The notes below the pieces were generated by a model. That model was not told the origin of the DNA and searched no databases. It worked only from the letters and a program-made list of their open reading frames with translations. Positions 38,251 through 48,656 of a stretch of 62,744 bases of DNA are shown here, piece by piece. Positions within the stretch are counted from its first letter, which is position 1. Every line of letters starts with the position of its first letter. Source of the DNA: Chthoniobacterales bacterium. Its GTDB lineage: Bacteria; Verrucomicrobiota; Verrucomicrobiia; Chthoniobacterales; UBA6821. The stretch covers positions 1-62,744 of the forward strand of contig JAPJNA010000046.1 in the NCBI GenBank assembly GCA_026461395.1. The letters are read 5' to 3'. Position numbers and translations under genes: made by a program.

Positions 38251-39545
38251 TGGGAAACAGCCTCTTCGTCCAACGAAAGTTTATAATCACGACTGACAAG
38301 CAGCTTGTCGATGCGCTGACGGTCCATATCGACAACCTCAAAATGGAAGCCGTTCTGCTGAAACTTCTCACCCTCTTCAGGAATGTGGCCGAGATGATGC
38401 AGGACAAACCCGCCGATCGTCTGATACCTATTAGCCTCCAACTCTTCATCGGATAACTCCAACGAGATAGCTAAGGCTGTCTCCTCAAAATCGAGCTGGG
38501 CATCGATAAGCCAGCTCTCATCCTCGCGCGTGATGATCTCGGGATAGTTCTGGCGGACACCGCGCTCGGGCAATCTGCCGACGATGGCCTCGACCACGTC
38601 CTTGAGCGTGACCATACCCTCGACAACACCGAATTCATCAACGACGAGAGCGACATGACGGCGGGTGTTCCTGAACTCCTCGATAAGGCGCGGGGCCATC
38701 ATGGTGGAAGGGACAAAGAGCGGTGGATTCAGCACGTCAGCGAGTTTCACTGAGCCGGTAAGCGAGAGGTTGGCCCAGAGGGATTTCACAGAAACAATGC
38801 CTCGGATATTGTCAGGAGTCCCCTGGAAGACGGGGTAGTCGGAGTGACCGGCCCCGGCGATCCGACGCCAGTTTACTTCGTTCGTGTCATCAAGATCGAG
38901 CCATGCAACCCGGGAACGAGGGGTCATGAGTTCAGACGCAGACTGCTCGTCAAGATCGAGCACCCCCTCGACCATCTCCTTCTCGGCAGGGTCAAAGGCG
39001 CCACTCTCCAAACCCTCGTCCATCATCTGCAGGACCTCATCCTCGGTCTGCTCGGCGGTGCGACGTGGATCGAGATGTAATAACTTGAGTGTTGAGGCGA
39101 CAAAAGCCCAACCCAACTCAGCCAACGGATCGATCCAAACAGTCGTCCAACGAGCCAGACGAGAGAGGGCCCGGATCGGTAGGGAGGTATGAAGCGATTC
39201 CCCGATAGCTCTCGGAAGCAATATCCCAAAGAGCAGGATCAGAAAGGAAATCACCGTCGTGACAATCCCGATCCAGGCAGGGAGGAGCATCACCCTACCC
39301 TCATGATCAAGGATCAGGAGATCCTGAGCGGCAAGAACCGAGGCCAAGGTAAAAAGAAACACCGAGGCCAGGCGCAACCCTGGACGGGGACGCGATCTTG
39401 CATCCACATAGGAGGTCACTGAATCGGCATCGCCGCGGCGCTTTAGCAGGACCACATCGGCCATCACGCAGATCCCACCCAGAAGGATAAGGACAAGCGG
39501 CAACAAGCACATCAGCACGTAATCCACGGTATCGACGGTATTCAT
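38247..39545 (-). CDS. HlyC/CorC family (CNNM-CBS-CorC) protein
   Basis: MTPRSRV, CBS pair with LVVDEFG, YQTIGGFV, VVDMDRQRIDK. Confidence 0.9.
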   Translation of the reverse strand: MNTVDTVDYVLMCLLPLVLILLGGICVMADVVLLKRRGDADSVTSYVDARSRPRPGLRLASVFLFTLASVLAAQDLLILDHEGRVMLLPAWIGIVTTVISFLILLFGILLPRAIGESLHTSLPIRALSRLARWTTVWIDPLAELGWAFVASTLKLLHLDPRRTAEQTEDEVLQMMDEGLESGAFDPAEKEMVEGVLDLDEQSASELMTPRSRVAWLDLDDTNEVNWRRIAGAGHSDYPVFQGTPDNIRGIVSVKSLWANLSLTGSVKLADVLNPPLFVPSTMMAPRLIEEFRNTRRHVALVVDEFGVVEGMVTLKDVVEAIVGRLPERGVRQNYPEIITREDESWLIDAQLDFEETALAISLELSDEELEANRYQTIGGFVLHHLGHIPEEGEKFQQNGFHFEVVDMDRQRIDKLLVSRDYKLSLDEEAVSQ

Positions 39546-39553
39546 ACAAAAAA

Positions 39554-40210
39554 TCAGTTCAGCAATGCCGCAAGCTTGGAGGGGGTAACCTCCAGCAGTG
39601 TCTCAACGGCTAGATCGCACTCACCCAGTGAGGAGAGTGGGTTAGTCGTGGCCACGCCGACGACCTTCATTCCCCCGCGTCTCGCGGCTTCGATCCCCGC
39701 AAAGGCATCCTCAATGACAAGGCAGCGGTGAGTCGGAAGTCCGAGAAGATCGGCTCCCTTCAAGAAGACCTCGGGATCGGGCTTCCCATGCAGAACATCG
39801 CTACCACAGACAACCTGATCGAAAAAAGCATCCAGACCGGTGGCGGCAAAAAGGGCATCCAGATTACCCCTCGGGGTGGAAGATCCAACAGCACGTGGAA
39901 TCCCGGCCTCTTTCAGGGCAATAAGTAATTCGCGGGCACCAGGCAACACAGTGACTCCCTCGGCGGCCACAAGCTGGCGGTAGAGATCCTCCTTCCGATC
40001 TGCCAGCTCATGAACAAGAGCCAGCTCGTCCCCCCATCCTAGGGCCGGTATGATCACTTCGTTCTTCTTGCCAAACCCAGCTTTGAAATGTCCTTCGGGC
40101 AGAATAAGTCCCCGTTCAGAGGCCAAAAGCTCCCAAGAACGCTCATGCTGAGAGGAGGAATCGATCACGACACCATCCCAGTCAAAAAGAACACCCCAAG
40201 GATTAGACAT
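39554..40210 (-). CDS. HAD-family phosphatase (beta-PGM-like)
   Basis: FDWDGVVIDS, GKPDPEVF, VIEDAFAG. Confidence 0.9.
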   Translation of the reverse strand: MSNPWGVLFDWDGVVIDSSSQHERSWELLASERGLILPEGHFKAGFGKKNEVIIPALGWGDELALVHELADRKEDLYRQLVAAEGVTVLPGARELLIALKEAGIPRAVGSSTPRGNLDALFAATGLDAFFDQVVCGSDVLHGKPDPEVFLKGADLLGLPTHRCLVIEDAFAGIEAARRGGMKVVGVATTNPLSSLGECDLAVETLLEVTPSKLAALLN

Positions 40211-40301
40211 TGGTTAAATAATGAGGGATTCGTAAGGGTGCGGCAACGTCATTCTCGAAGGGTTGCACTCCTCAGATGCTTAGGCGAGTCTCTCCCATCA
40301 C

Positions 40302-41822
40302 ATGAGCTGCCGGAAACTCCTTCCCTCGCTGGGCCTTAGAGCGAGCTTTATGATGAGCCTCATTCTAGCGATGGCTCCCTCCGTGATCGCCAAGGATCCT
40401 ACTTCCGAAAACCGGGGGGGCGCGCTCGGGCAAAACCTCTCTGCAAGCGTAGTGAGGATAGAAGTGACAGATCAGGAAGCGGACTATGCCTCCCCGTGGA
40501 ATGCGGGTCATATAGGAGGAGGTATTGGCTCGGGATTCGTCATCGTCGCTCCCAACGGGAAAAAGCGGATCCTGACCAATGCCCATGTGGTGAGCAATGC
40601 CCGCTTTATTACCCTCACTCGCGAACGGGTAAGCCATCCCTACACAGCCCATGTGGAATTCATCGCCCACGATTGTGATCTGGCACTTCTAAGCGTTGAT
40701 GACCCTGCCTTCTTCGAGGGGACAGTGCCTCTGGAACTCGGCGGGGTCCCTCTTATCGAGAGTGGAGTGAGTGTCTACGGATATCCTCTGGGAGGAGAGC
40801 GCCTGAGCGTGACCAGGGGAGTGGTCTCTAAGATTGATTTCGACCTCTACACGCACTCCGGACTCGATTCGCACCTGGTTATACAGATTGATGCCGCGAT
40901 CAATCCGGGCAACAGTGGTGGCCCGGTCCTTCAGGATGGAAAGGTGGTAGGGGTCGCCTTTCAGGGGTATTCGGGGGAAGTAGCCCAGAATGTCGGATTT
41001 ATGATACCGATCCCGGTGATCGGGCGATTCCTCAAGGATCTCTCGAAGGGATCCTACACAGTATACACTGATCTCTCGATCGCCTTCAGGCCTCTGCTCA
41101 GTCCATCTTCCCGAAAGGCTCTCGGCTTGCCTGATGATGACCGGGGGGTGCTCGTCACCGATGTGCATGAGAAAGGCTCCTCCCACGGGTTCCTTCGAAA
41201 AGGGGATGTGCTTCTCTCCATCGATAGTCATCCCATCGCAAGTAACGGACGCGTCGAACTCGACGGGCAGTCGGTCGATATGACGGAGGTGGTGGAGCAG
41301 AAGTTTGAAGGTGAGAAGGTTCGCTTCAATATTCTGCGTCAAGGCGCCACCAGTGCAGTGGAATTCCCAATGGCGGGAACATGGCACTTACGCATGCAGG
41401 GAAATGCCTATGATGAGAAGCCCCGCTATCTGCTCCACGGAGGACTGCTTTTCCAGCCCCTCGACAGAAACTTCCTGAATGCGGATAGCACAGCCGATCT
41501 TAGGATGAAGCGGGCCTTTGAGGACTTCGTGGAAAAACATCTCTACCTGCAACGGCCCGAGATCGTCGTTCTGAGCAGAATACTGGCCGATCCCATCCAC
41601 AAGGAATGCGATGGTCTCCGTCCTGGAATCGTGGACTCGATCAACGGTAGGAAAATCCGCTCACTCGCCGATGTCAGCACGGCATTCGATCAGCCGGCCC
41701 GTTACGATGTCGTGATCCTGGAGGGCATCGGTAGCCCGATTGTCCTGGGCCGTGAAGCGGCACTGAAGGCGAATCCCCGTATCATGCAAACCTACAGCAT
41801 CCCCTCCCCTCGGAATCTCTAA
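40302..41822 (+). CDS. Deg/HtrA-type serine protease with PDZ domains
   Basis: Triad motifs TNAHVV, DCDLALL, INPGNSGGP; signal peptide. Confidence 0.92.
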   Translation: MSCRKLLPSLGLRASFMMSLILAMAPSVIAKDPTSENRGGALGQNLSASVVRIEVTDQEADYASPWNAGHIGGGIGSGFVIVAPNGKKRILTNAHVVSNARFITLTRERVSHPYTAHVEFIAHDCDLALLSVDDPAFFEGTVPLELGGVPLIESGVSVYGYPLGGERLSVTRGVVSKIDFDLYTHSGLDSHLVIQIDAAINPGNSGGPVLQDGKVVGVAFQGYSGEVAQNVGFMIPIPVIGRFLKDLSKGSYTVYTDLSIAFRPLLSPSSRKALGLPDDDRGVLVTDVHEKGSSHGFLRKGDVLLSIDSHPIASNGRVELDGQSVDMTEVVEQKFEGEKVRFNILRQGATSAVEFPMAGTWHLRMQGNAYDEKPRYLLHGGLLFQPLDRNFLNADSTADLRMKRAFEDFVEKHLYLQRPEIVVLSRILADPIHKECDGLRPGIVDSINGRKIRSLADVSTAFDQPARYDVVILEGIGSPIVLGREAALKANPRIMQTYSIPSPRNL

Positions 41823-41849
41823 GGATCTCAGGTAGCGAAACGACCAACG

Positions 41850-43364
41850 ATGAAAAGATTCCTTCCCATGATCCGGGTGCTTTCACTTGCGGGTCTGGCA
41901 CTCGTGACGGGCTGCCAGGAAGAGAATACGCTTCCGCAAAAGCTCGATGAATCAGTCCTTCGGGTCACATCGACAATCCAGTATCCCGATAACAAGCGCC
42001 CCTGGCTGAAGAAGAAGCCGTTCACCCGCAACGGACTTGGGACGATCATCGAGGGAGGACGACTCCTAGTCACGGCGGACATGGTGGCCCATGCGAGCTA
42101 CATCTGCTTGGAGAAGCCGGAGGATGGACCGAAAGGGAGTGCCACGGTGGAGGCAATCGACGAGGAATGCAATCTGGCAGTCATCAAGCCGGTGGAACCT
42201 GAACTCCTCAAGGGTACCCATCCTCTCTCGCTTGACGCAATGATCACGCCCGGGAGTACGGTTCAGATCCTCCAACTCGAGCCCAACGGAGCGCCAGCCC
42301 TCACACCGGCCAGTTTGACCACAGTCGCTGTGATGCCTTATTCATCTGATGGGGGTGCTTATCTACTCTATCGTGCTTCCACGACGATCCCTCAGCGCGA
42401 GGGAAGCTTTGTCATTCCCGCGCTGCACGAGGGAAAACTCGCAGGCCTGGTCATGCGTTACGATTCTCGCACTCAATCGGCGGACATTATTCCCTCACCC
42501 CTGATCGGGCGCTTCCTGAAGGAATACTCCAAGCCCGGCTACTCAGGATTGGCGCGCGCCGGACTGACCTACGGAGAGTCTCACGGAAGGACATTGCGCG
42601 AATGGCTCGGTGCAGGAAAAGACCTCAATGGTGTCATCATCACGTCCCTTGACTCAGGTGGACCGGCAGAGAAAGCAGGCCTCCGCAAGGGGGATCTCAT
42701 CGTGCGTGCTGGCGGCAAGCCCATCGACGGCGAGGGCAACTACACAGACCCTCGCCTCGGAAAAATCAACTTCAGCAATCTTGCCACACTAGAATCCGCA
42801 CCCGGAGACAAAGGGGAAATTGTGTACTTCCGGAGCGCCGGTGAAGGGACCGGCACGCTGGGAACGGCAACACTGACGCTAGGGGGGAGAAATACAGTAC
42901 CCGAAATCAGTCCATCACGGCTGCGGGGCAACTCTGTTCCGTACACCTTTCTGGGGGGACTTCTCTTTCAGGAGCTGAGCAGACCCTATCTCCGCGAATG
43001 GGGAGTTAACTGGAGAAGCGACGCTCCTCAGAATCTCGTTGCTCTTGATGCATTTCAGGAAGATTTACCGAAAGATCAGAAGAGACTGGTCATCCTCGCG
43101 AAGCTCCTCCCTTCATCAGAGACCATCGGACTTCAGGAACTTGCCAATAAGGTGGTGTTGACTATCAACGGAATGCCTATTCACGAACTAGCAGACGTGA
43201 ACGAGGCGGCAAAGCACCCCGAAAAAGGATTCCAACGCATTGAATTGGAAGGATCAGCAGGCCCTATCTATCTGGATAACGCCTCCCTGGAATCAGAAGA
43301 AGCTCAACTCAGGAGCGAATATGGCATCCCAGCTAAGTCAGATTCCTTGGCTAATCCGAAATAA
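41850..43364 (+). CDS. Deg/HtrA-like lipoprotein, predicted catalytically inactive
   Basis: Lipobox LVTGC; same layout as the previous gene but triad motifs read TADMV, ECNLA, QREGS; PDZ GPAEKAGL. Confidence 0.8.
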   Translation: MKRFLPMIRVLSLAGLALVTGCQEENTLPQKLDESVLRVTSTIQYPDNKRPWLKKKPFTRNGLGTIIEGGRLLVTADMVAHASYICLEKPEDGPKGSATVEAIDEECNLAVIKPVEPELLKGTHPLSLDAMITPGSTVQILQLEPNGAPALTPASLTTVAVMPYSSDGGAYLLYRASTTIPQREGSFVIPALHEGKLAGLVMRYDSRTQSADIIPSPLIGRFLKEYSKPGYSGLARAGLTYGESHGRTLREWLGAGKDLNGVIITSLDSGGPAEKAGLRKGDLIVRAGGKPIDGEGNYTDPRLGKINFSNLATLESAPGDKGEIVYFRSAGEGTGTLGTATLTLGGRNTVPEISPSRLRGNSVPYTFLGGLLFQELSRPYLREWGVNWRSDAPQNLVALDAFQEDLPKDQKRLVILAKLLPSSETIGLQELANKVVLTINGMPIHELADVNEAAKHPEKGFQRIELEGSAGPIYLDNASLESEEAQLRSEYGIPAKSDSLANPK

Positions 43365-43465
43365 GGATGGCGCGAACGAATGAGAGAGCAAGTGACCCTT
43401 CTTCGATTTTTGACGCTCGACGCGATGGGAAGAGCGGCTAATTTAACCACTCTTCTATCGTGACC

Positions 43466-44209
43466 ATGCCCGAACGTACACTCGTCGTCGTCCCCACCTA
43501 TAACGAGAGAGAGAACCTGCCTCAACTGGTCGAGCGTCTCTTCGCGTTGCCTGAGTGTGGCGAGATCCTCGAGATTCTTGTAGTCGATGATGGATCTCCG
43601 GATGGCACAGGGCAATGGGTAGCAGATAACGCAATACGCGATCCGCGCCTGCACCTCCTCTCGCGCACCGCGAAAAACGGCTTGGGTCGCGCCTACGTGG
43701 CGGGATTCCTGTGGGCTCTCGAGCACGGCTACGACTTTGTCATCCAGATGGATGCTGATTTCTCCCACAGTCCGGAAGATGTGCCAAAACTCCTGGAAGG
43801 GATCAGGACTACAGGCGCGGACTTGGCCATCGGCTCCCGGTATGTCGGCGGAATTCGTGTCATCAACTGGCCTCTCAAGCGGCTCGTGCTCAGCGTCGGC
43901 GCCTCCTACTATGTCAAATGGATCACTGGACTGCCAGTATGGGACCCCACCGGTGGCTTCAAGTGCTGGCGCCGCAAGACGCTTGAATCAATCGACCTTC
44001 CTTCGGTGAAATCAAACGGCTACGGCTTCCAGATTGAGATGAATCACCGTACCTGGATGCGTGGTTTCAAGATTGCCGAAGTTCCTATCATCTTCGCAGA
44101 TCGCATCGAGGGTGTCTCCAAGATGTCCAAGAAGATCGTCGTCGAAGCTCTCCTCATGGTCTGGGGCCTTCTGATTAACAGCGGATTTCGCAGATCTCCC
44201 CACGCCTAG
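43466..44209 (+). CDS. Polyprenol monophosphomannose synthase (Dpm1/Ppm1-like GT2)
   Basis: PTYNERENL, DDGSPDGTG, GLGRAY, QMDADFSH, GYGFQIE. Confidence 0.9.
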   Translation: MPERTLVVVPTYNERENLPQLVERLFALPECGEILEILVVDDGSPDGTGQWVADNAIRDPRLHLLSRTAKNGLGRAYVAGFLWALEHGYDFVIQMDADFSHSPEDVPKLLEGIRTTGADLAIGSRYVGGIRVINWPLKRLVLSVGASYYVKWITGLPVWDPTGGFKCWRRKTLESIDLPSVKSNGYGFQIEMNHRTWMRGFKIAEVPIIFADRIEGVSKMSKKIVVEALLMVWGLLINSGFRRSPHA

Positions 44210-44271
44210 CAATCCTGCGCGTCGCTCCTCCTTAAATCCTCCAAACTAACTCTCTTTTTACTCCTACCCCA

Positions 44272-47200
44272 ATGAGCTCTACGGACATGACGCCCTCCTC
44301 TATTCCTGAATCTGTCGCCTCGGTAGAAGAACGAGTTCATCCCTTCCGGATCTTCGACAAACACGAGCGCTTGACGGCCATCATCTGCTTTCTCATAGCG
44401 CTGGTGACATATTGGGCGACCGTGATGCCAAATATCGGCCTCAACGACGACGGCGAGATGGCTACTGCGGCCCTGCACTTCGGGGTCATGCACCCCTCAG
44501 GCTACCCTCTCTGGACGATCCTGGCAGGGCTCTTCAGTCATATCTTCCCGTTTGGCAACGGATCCTGGAAAATCAATCTCTTCTCCGGGCTCTGCACGGC
44601 TATCGCGGCCGCTGTCTTTTCTCTGGTATCGCTGAATGCGACGCGTTGGTTGGGTGTGAAGAAGCTGCCTGCGACCATCCTCTCCGTGGCCTCGACCCTG
44701 ACCTTCATTTGGGTGACTCCTATCTGGTCTCACGCGGTTGTCGGAAAGGGACTTTACGCCCTCCATGTCTGTCTGATGATGATCTACCTGATGCTTACTT
44801 ATCTCTGGATAAGAAGGCCTCACTGGAAGAATGCCTTTGTCTGGTTGGTCTTCATTTTCTGCCTTGGGATGAGCAATCACCACATGACCCTGGCCATGGC
44901 CTTCATGCCTCTCATGGTCATCCTGCTGCTGCATGCAGAACTCTTTTGGGAATACACAGTGTACAGTATTCTGGTCGCAAGCGTTCTCTACCTCGGCTTT
45001 GCCTACCTCTCCACGGATCAATATCATCCCATGGCGATGAAGGCGGCTGTCCGGCTCTTCTACACAGTATGGGCTGGATTCCTTCTCCTGATTATCGTGC
45101 GTCGCAAGCTCACCGAATGGCGACAGGGTCTGCTGCTTTTTGTCGCTGTCTTTGTCGGTCTGCTTCCCTACGCCTACATGCCCTTCGCTTCCTCGACCAA
45201 TCCCCCGATGAACTGGAGTTACTGCAGTACTCCCGAGGGATTCTTCTACGCCATCAACCGCTCCCAGTATTGGGGAACTTTGGCGGATCAGCTTCAGGGT
45301 ACGGTCGGCAAACTCGTCGGTGTTGCCCCTGCCGAGAAACCGAAGGGACCGAAGGCGCCTGATGATGAGAGCGCCATGCAGCAATTTGCGGGATACTGCA
45401 AAGTCTACTGGAGCGTTCTCGCCCGTAACATTTCACCGATTCCGTTGGTCTTTGCCCTTCTTGGCTTCGCTCTTTTCTGGCGATTGTCACGGGAGCAGCG
45501 CATCTGGTTTTACCTACTGGTCATCGGCTTTTGTCTGGCGGCATTTCTGGAACCCATCCAGGCACCAAACGGCTATGATAATTCCGGATGGGACATGCAG
45601 TACCAGTACCAGAGCCTCTGCTACGGTTTCTTCATCATGCTGGCAAGTTACGGGGCCGCCATGATCTTCGCCTCGCTTCATCACGGAAAATTCCGACCCT
45701 TGGCATGGACAATACCGATCATTTCAGCCGCAGTTGCGATCTACACCTTGGTGGTGTGCTATCCAAAAAGCAACCAGCATGGTCACTGGTTCGGATGGAT
45801 GTACGGGCACGACATGCTCGCCAACTTGCCGAAGGATAGCTTTGTTTTCGGAGGGACCGATCCAGGTCGCTTTGTTCCAACCTACATGGTCTTCGGTGAA
45901 AGCTTCGAGAAAACAAAACGGGATCCGAACTTCGACCGCAGGGATCTCTACATCGTGACCCAGAACGCACTGGCCGACACCTTCTACAATCGCTACATCC
46001 GCTCCCATTACACCACGGAGCGCCCGACAACCTTCAGTTGGTTCGAGAAGCTTCTTGGCCGCGATCATACCTATCCGAATGAAACACTCATCCTTCCCCA
46101 TCGGGAGGATATCATGGCGCTCTTCGGGGAACTGATGAATCAGTACCAGAAAAATCCCCAGGCAATGCCCAACCCTCAGAGTGATCCTGTCGCCCTGAAC
46201 TCGGCTGTGGCCGAATGGATCTTCCTGCATAACCGCGACAAGAAAGACGGGACTCCCCGGCATTTCTATGTGGAGGAGAGTTTCCCCATGCAATGGTCCT
46301 ATCCTTACGCCCTCCCGCACGGGCTTTGCTATGAGATCACCCATGACAAAATGGGCACCCTGCCTCCGGGGACGGCTGAGAGGGATCTGGCTTGGTGGGA
46401 TGATTACATCCAGAAACTCGATTCCGTACCCGGTTTCCGCAACGACGATCTGGCCCTTCACTCCTTTGCCAAACTGCGCAATACCGGTGGCAATATCTAT
46501 GCCTTCCGCAACATGCGTTCTGAAGCGGAGCGTGCTTACAGACAGGCTCTCTCTCTCTGGCCTGCGAACACCGAAACCACCAGCAATCTCGTCAATCTGC
46601 TCTGGATACAGGGACGTTTTCAGGATGCCCGAGATCTCGTGGCGGGGTTCTTACCGATGGATCCCAATAGCAAGGTCCTTCAGCGCCTGAGCGCAGCCAC
46701 GGAAGCTAGACTAAAGGCTTCCAAAGATCTCCCAATGCAACTCGCAGCACTACAGGTCAACCCAACTAACAGGCAGGCACTGGCGCCGGTCCTTCAGAGC
46801 TTCATGATGCTGGGGCGCACGGGCGATGTCGACGCGACCATCTCCAATGCCATCGCGGCAACGCCCAAAGACATCTCATTCCTCAGGGACATGATCAACT
46901 TCTATGCCACCCAGGGTCGCATTCCTCAGGCGCTGGAAGTTGCAAAAGTTCTCGAGAAAGCGCAACCCGACCAGTGGGATATCCCCTTCACTATTGCAAA
47001 ATACGATCTCATCACGGGGCAGCGGGAAGCGGCGTTCAACAACCTGCGTCGTGCGGTTCAACTCGGGGGAAATAATGCACTACAGCAAATCAGCCATGAG
47101 CAGATCTTCCAACAAGTGGCGCAGGATCCGGCCTTCCAGCAGGCTCTCCAACCATCTGCTCCAGCTCAGGCCGGTGGCAAGGCTTTGGGAGAGATGTCCA

Positions 47201-47277
47201 AGGCGATCAGTACTGCCCAGGGTGCATCCCCAACCCCTTCTGCAACACCCAAGCACTCCAAGAAGAAGAGCCAGTAG
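44272..47277 (+). CDS. DUF2723 (TMEM260-like) polytopic membrane protein with C-terminal TPR
   Basis: DDGEM...GVMHPSGYPLW, SNHHM, PPMNW, GGTDPGRFVP, TPR-like C-terminus. Confidence 0.85.
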   Translation: MSSTDMTPSSIPESVASVEERVHPFRIFDKHERLTAIICFLIALVTYWATVMPNIGLNDDGEMATAALHFGVMHPSGYPLWTILAGLFSHIFPFGNGSWKINLFSGLCTAIAAAVFSLVSLNATRWLGVKKLPATILSVASTLTFIWVTPIWSHAVVGKGLYALHVCLMMIYLMLTYLWIRRPHWKNAFVWLVFIFCLGMSNHHMTLAMAFMPLMVILLLHAELFWEYTVYSILVASVLYLGFAYLSTDQYHPMAMKAAVRLFYTVWAGFLLLIIVRRKLTEWRQGLLLFVAVFVGLLPYAYMPFASSTNPPMNWSYCSTPEGFFYAINRSQYWGTLADQLQGTVGKLVGVAPAEKPKGPKAPDDESAMQQFAGYCKVYWSVLARNISPIPLVFALLGFALFWRLSREQRIWFYLLVIGFCLAAFLEPIQAPNGYDNSGWDMQYQYQSLCYGFFIMLASYGAAMIFASLHHGKFRPLAWTIPIISAAVAIYTLVVCYPKSNQHGHWFGWMYGHDMLANLPKDSFVFGGTDPGRFVPTYMVFGESFEKTKRDPNFDRRDLYIVTQNALADTFYNRYIRSHYTTERPTTFSWFEKLLGRDHTYPNETLILPHREDIMALFGELMNQYQKNPQAMPNPQSDPVALNSAVAEWIFLHNRDKKDGTPRHFYVEESFPMQWSYPYALPHGLCYEITHDKMGTLPPGTAERDLAWWDDYIQKLDSVPGFRNDDLALHSFAKLRNTGGNIYAFRNMRSEAERAYRQALSLWPANTETTSNLVNLLWIQGRFQDARDLVAGFLPMDPNSKVLQRLSAATEARLKASKDLPMQLAALQVNPTNRQALAPVLQSFMMLGRTGDVDATISNAIAATPKDISFLRDMINFYATQGRIPQALEVAKVLEKAQPDQWDIPFTIAKYDLITGQREAAFNNLRRAVQLGGNNALQQISHEQIFQQVAQDPAFQQALQPSAPAQAGGKALGEMSKAISTAQGASPTPSATPKHSKKKSQ

Positions 47278-47301
47278 AACTGAGAACTAAAAAGAAAGAA
47301 C

Positions 47302-47470
47302 TCGCGCAGAGGCGCAGAGGCGCAGAGTTTTTAAGCCTCGAGGCAACCGCATTCCAAGAAACGTTTTAAGAAAAACGTGCCTTTTGAATTGGGTGTTTGA
47401 ATGGCCGCCATACGCTCAACTCCGAACGCCTTTGTCTCTTTACCCTCCGCGCCTCTGCGCCTCTGCGCGA
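47302..47470. repeat. Gene-less CGCAGAGG-family inverted doublet
   Basis: TCGCGCAGAGGCGCAGAGGCGCAGAG (47302-47327) and CTCCGCGCCTCTGCGCCTCTGCGCGA (47445-47470). Confidence 0.9.
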
Positions 47471-47488
47471 TGTTTTTCCCTTGATGCA

Positions 47489-48652
47489 CTAGTAGACCAA
47501 GGGAGAGTTGCCCCCTTCTTCCATCAGCTTGGCAGCCTTAGCTTCGGCAAGACTTGCCTCCTGCTCTACGACTTTTTCCTGGAGAAAGGCTTTTAACTCA
47601 GGGATCCCCTCACCCAGTTCGGCGCAAATCGGGAGAATCGTGACACCCTTGAATTTCTTTTTGAAGAGCTTGAGATTTGCTGTGGCTTCGGGCATGTCCA
47701 TCTTGTTGGCGACGATGCACCAGGGACGTTCCGCCAGTTCGGGATTATAGAGTTCCAGCTCCTTGCGAAGAGCATTCAGATCATCCATGGGACTGCGTCC
47801 CTCGGATCCAGCCATATCCAGCACCATGAGTAGATAGGCGCAGCGCATGACATGGCGCAGGAATTGATGGCCCAAGCCCCTGTTCTCATGGGCTCCTTCG
47901 ATTAATCCGGGAATGTCGGCAACGGTTGTCTTGTGGTAATCCTCAAGGTCAACAACTCCAACCTGCGGGTTACGCGTGGTGAAGGCATAGGATCCGACCT
48001 TCGGATGGGCACGCGAGATTGCTCTCAGAAGAGTCGACTTGCCTGCATTCGGATAACCAACCAGACCGGCAAAGGCGATGGAGCGCATCTCGAGTAGGAA
48101 CCAACTTTCATCACCTTCTGTTCCTTCGGTGAAACGTCGGGGAGCCTGATTGCGTGAACTCTTGAAGTGGATGTTACCACGTCCTCCTTTTCCTCCGTGA
48201 CAGATGATGAATTCCTTGCCCACTTCGTCCAGGTCAGCGACCAGATCCTCGGGCATTGGATCGGCGAGACCTTTCTTGGCACGAGGCTGATCGGAGGGAA
48301 ATTCTTCCCCGTCAATCAACTCAGGCTCGGCAAAGGGATCGTGAGGGGCTGGTGTCGGAAACCGATAGATCAAAGTACCGACGGGAACAGGCACCACGAG
48401 ATCGGGGGCCGACTTGCCATGTCGTTGGCGATAGGAGCCCTTGCCACCCGGTTTGGCTTTCAGGATCGGCTCGAAGAAGAGATTGGCCAACTGGTCGATA
48501 TGGTTGTCGGCACGGAGAATGACATCCCCTCCGTCGCCTCCATCACCACCGTCCGGCCCGCCCTTAGGGATGAACTTTTCACGGCGGAAGCTGGCGGACC
48601 CATCGCCTCCGTCGCCCGCCTTCGCATGCACCCTTACTCGATCAATGAACAT
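47489..48652 (-). CDS. obgE: GTPase ObgE/CgtA
   Basis: MFID...SFRREKFIPKGGPDGGDGG, GYPNAGKS, DIPG, NKMD. Confidence 0.95.
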   Translation of the reverse strand: MFIDRVRVHAKAGDGGDGSASFRREKFIPKGGPDGGDGGDGGDVILRADNHIDQLANLFFEPILKAKPGGKGSYRQRHGKSAPDLVVPVPVGTLIYRFPTPAPHDPFAEPELIDGEEFPSDQPRAKKGLADPMPEDLVADLDEVGKEFIICHGGKGGRGNIHFKSSRNQAPRRFTEGTEGDESWFLLEMRSIAFAGLVGYPNAGKSTLLRAISRAHPKVGSYAFTTRNPQVGVVDLEDYHKTTVADIPGLIEGAHENRGLGHQFLRHVMRCAYLLMVLDMAGSEGRSPMDDLNALRKELELYNPELAERPWCIVANKMDMPEATANLKLFKKKFKGVTILPICAELGEGIPELKAFLQEKVVEQEASLAEAKAAKLMEEGGNSPLVY

Positions 48653-48656
48653 TCGG

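Noticed and set aside
38247-38450. yybP-ykoY riboswitch upstream of terC/alx
   Set aside because: The gene overlaps the upstream CDS, leaving no leader.
44412-45384. 316-aa and 295-aa ORFs overlapping the DUF2723 gene
   Set aside because: Alternative-frame and antisense shadows with no recognisable motifs.
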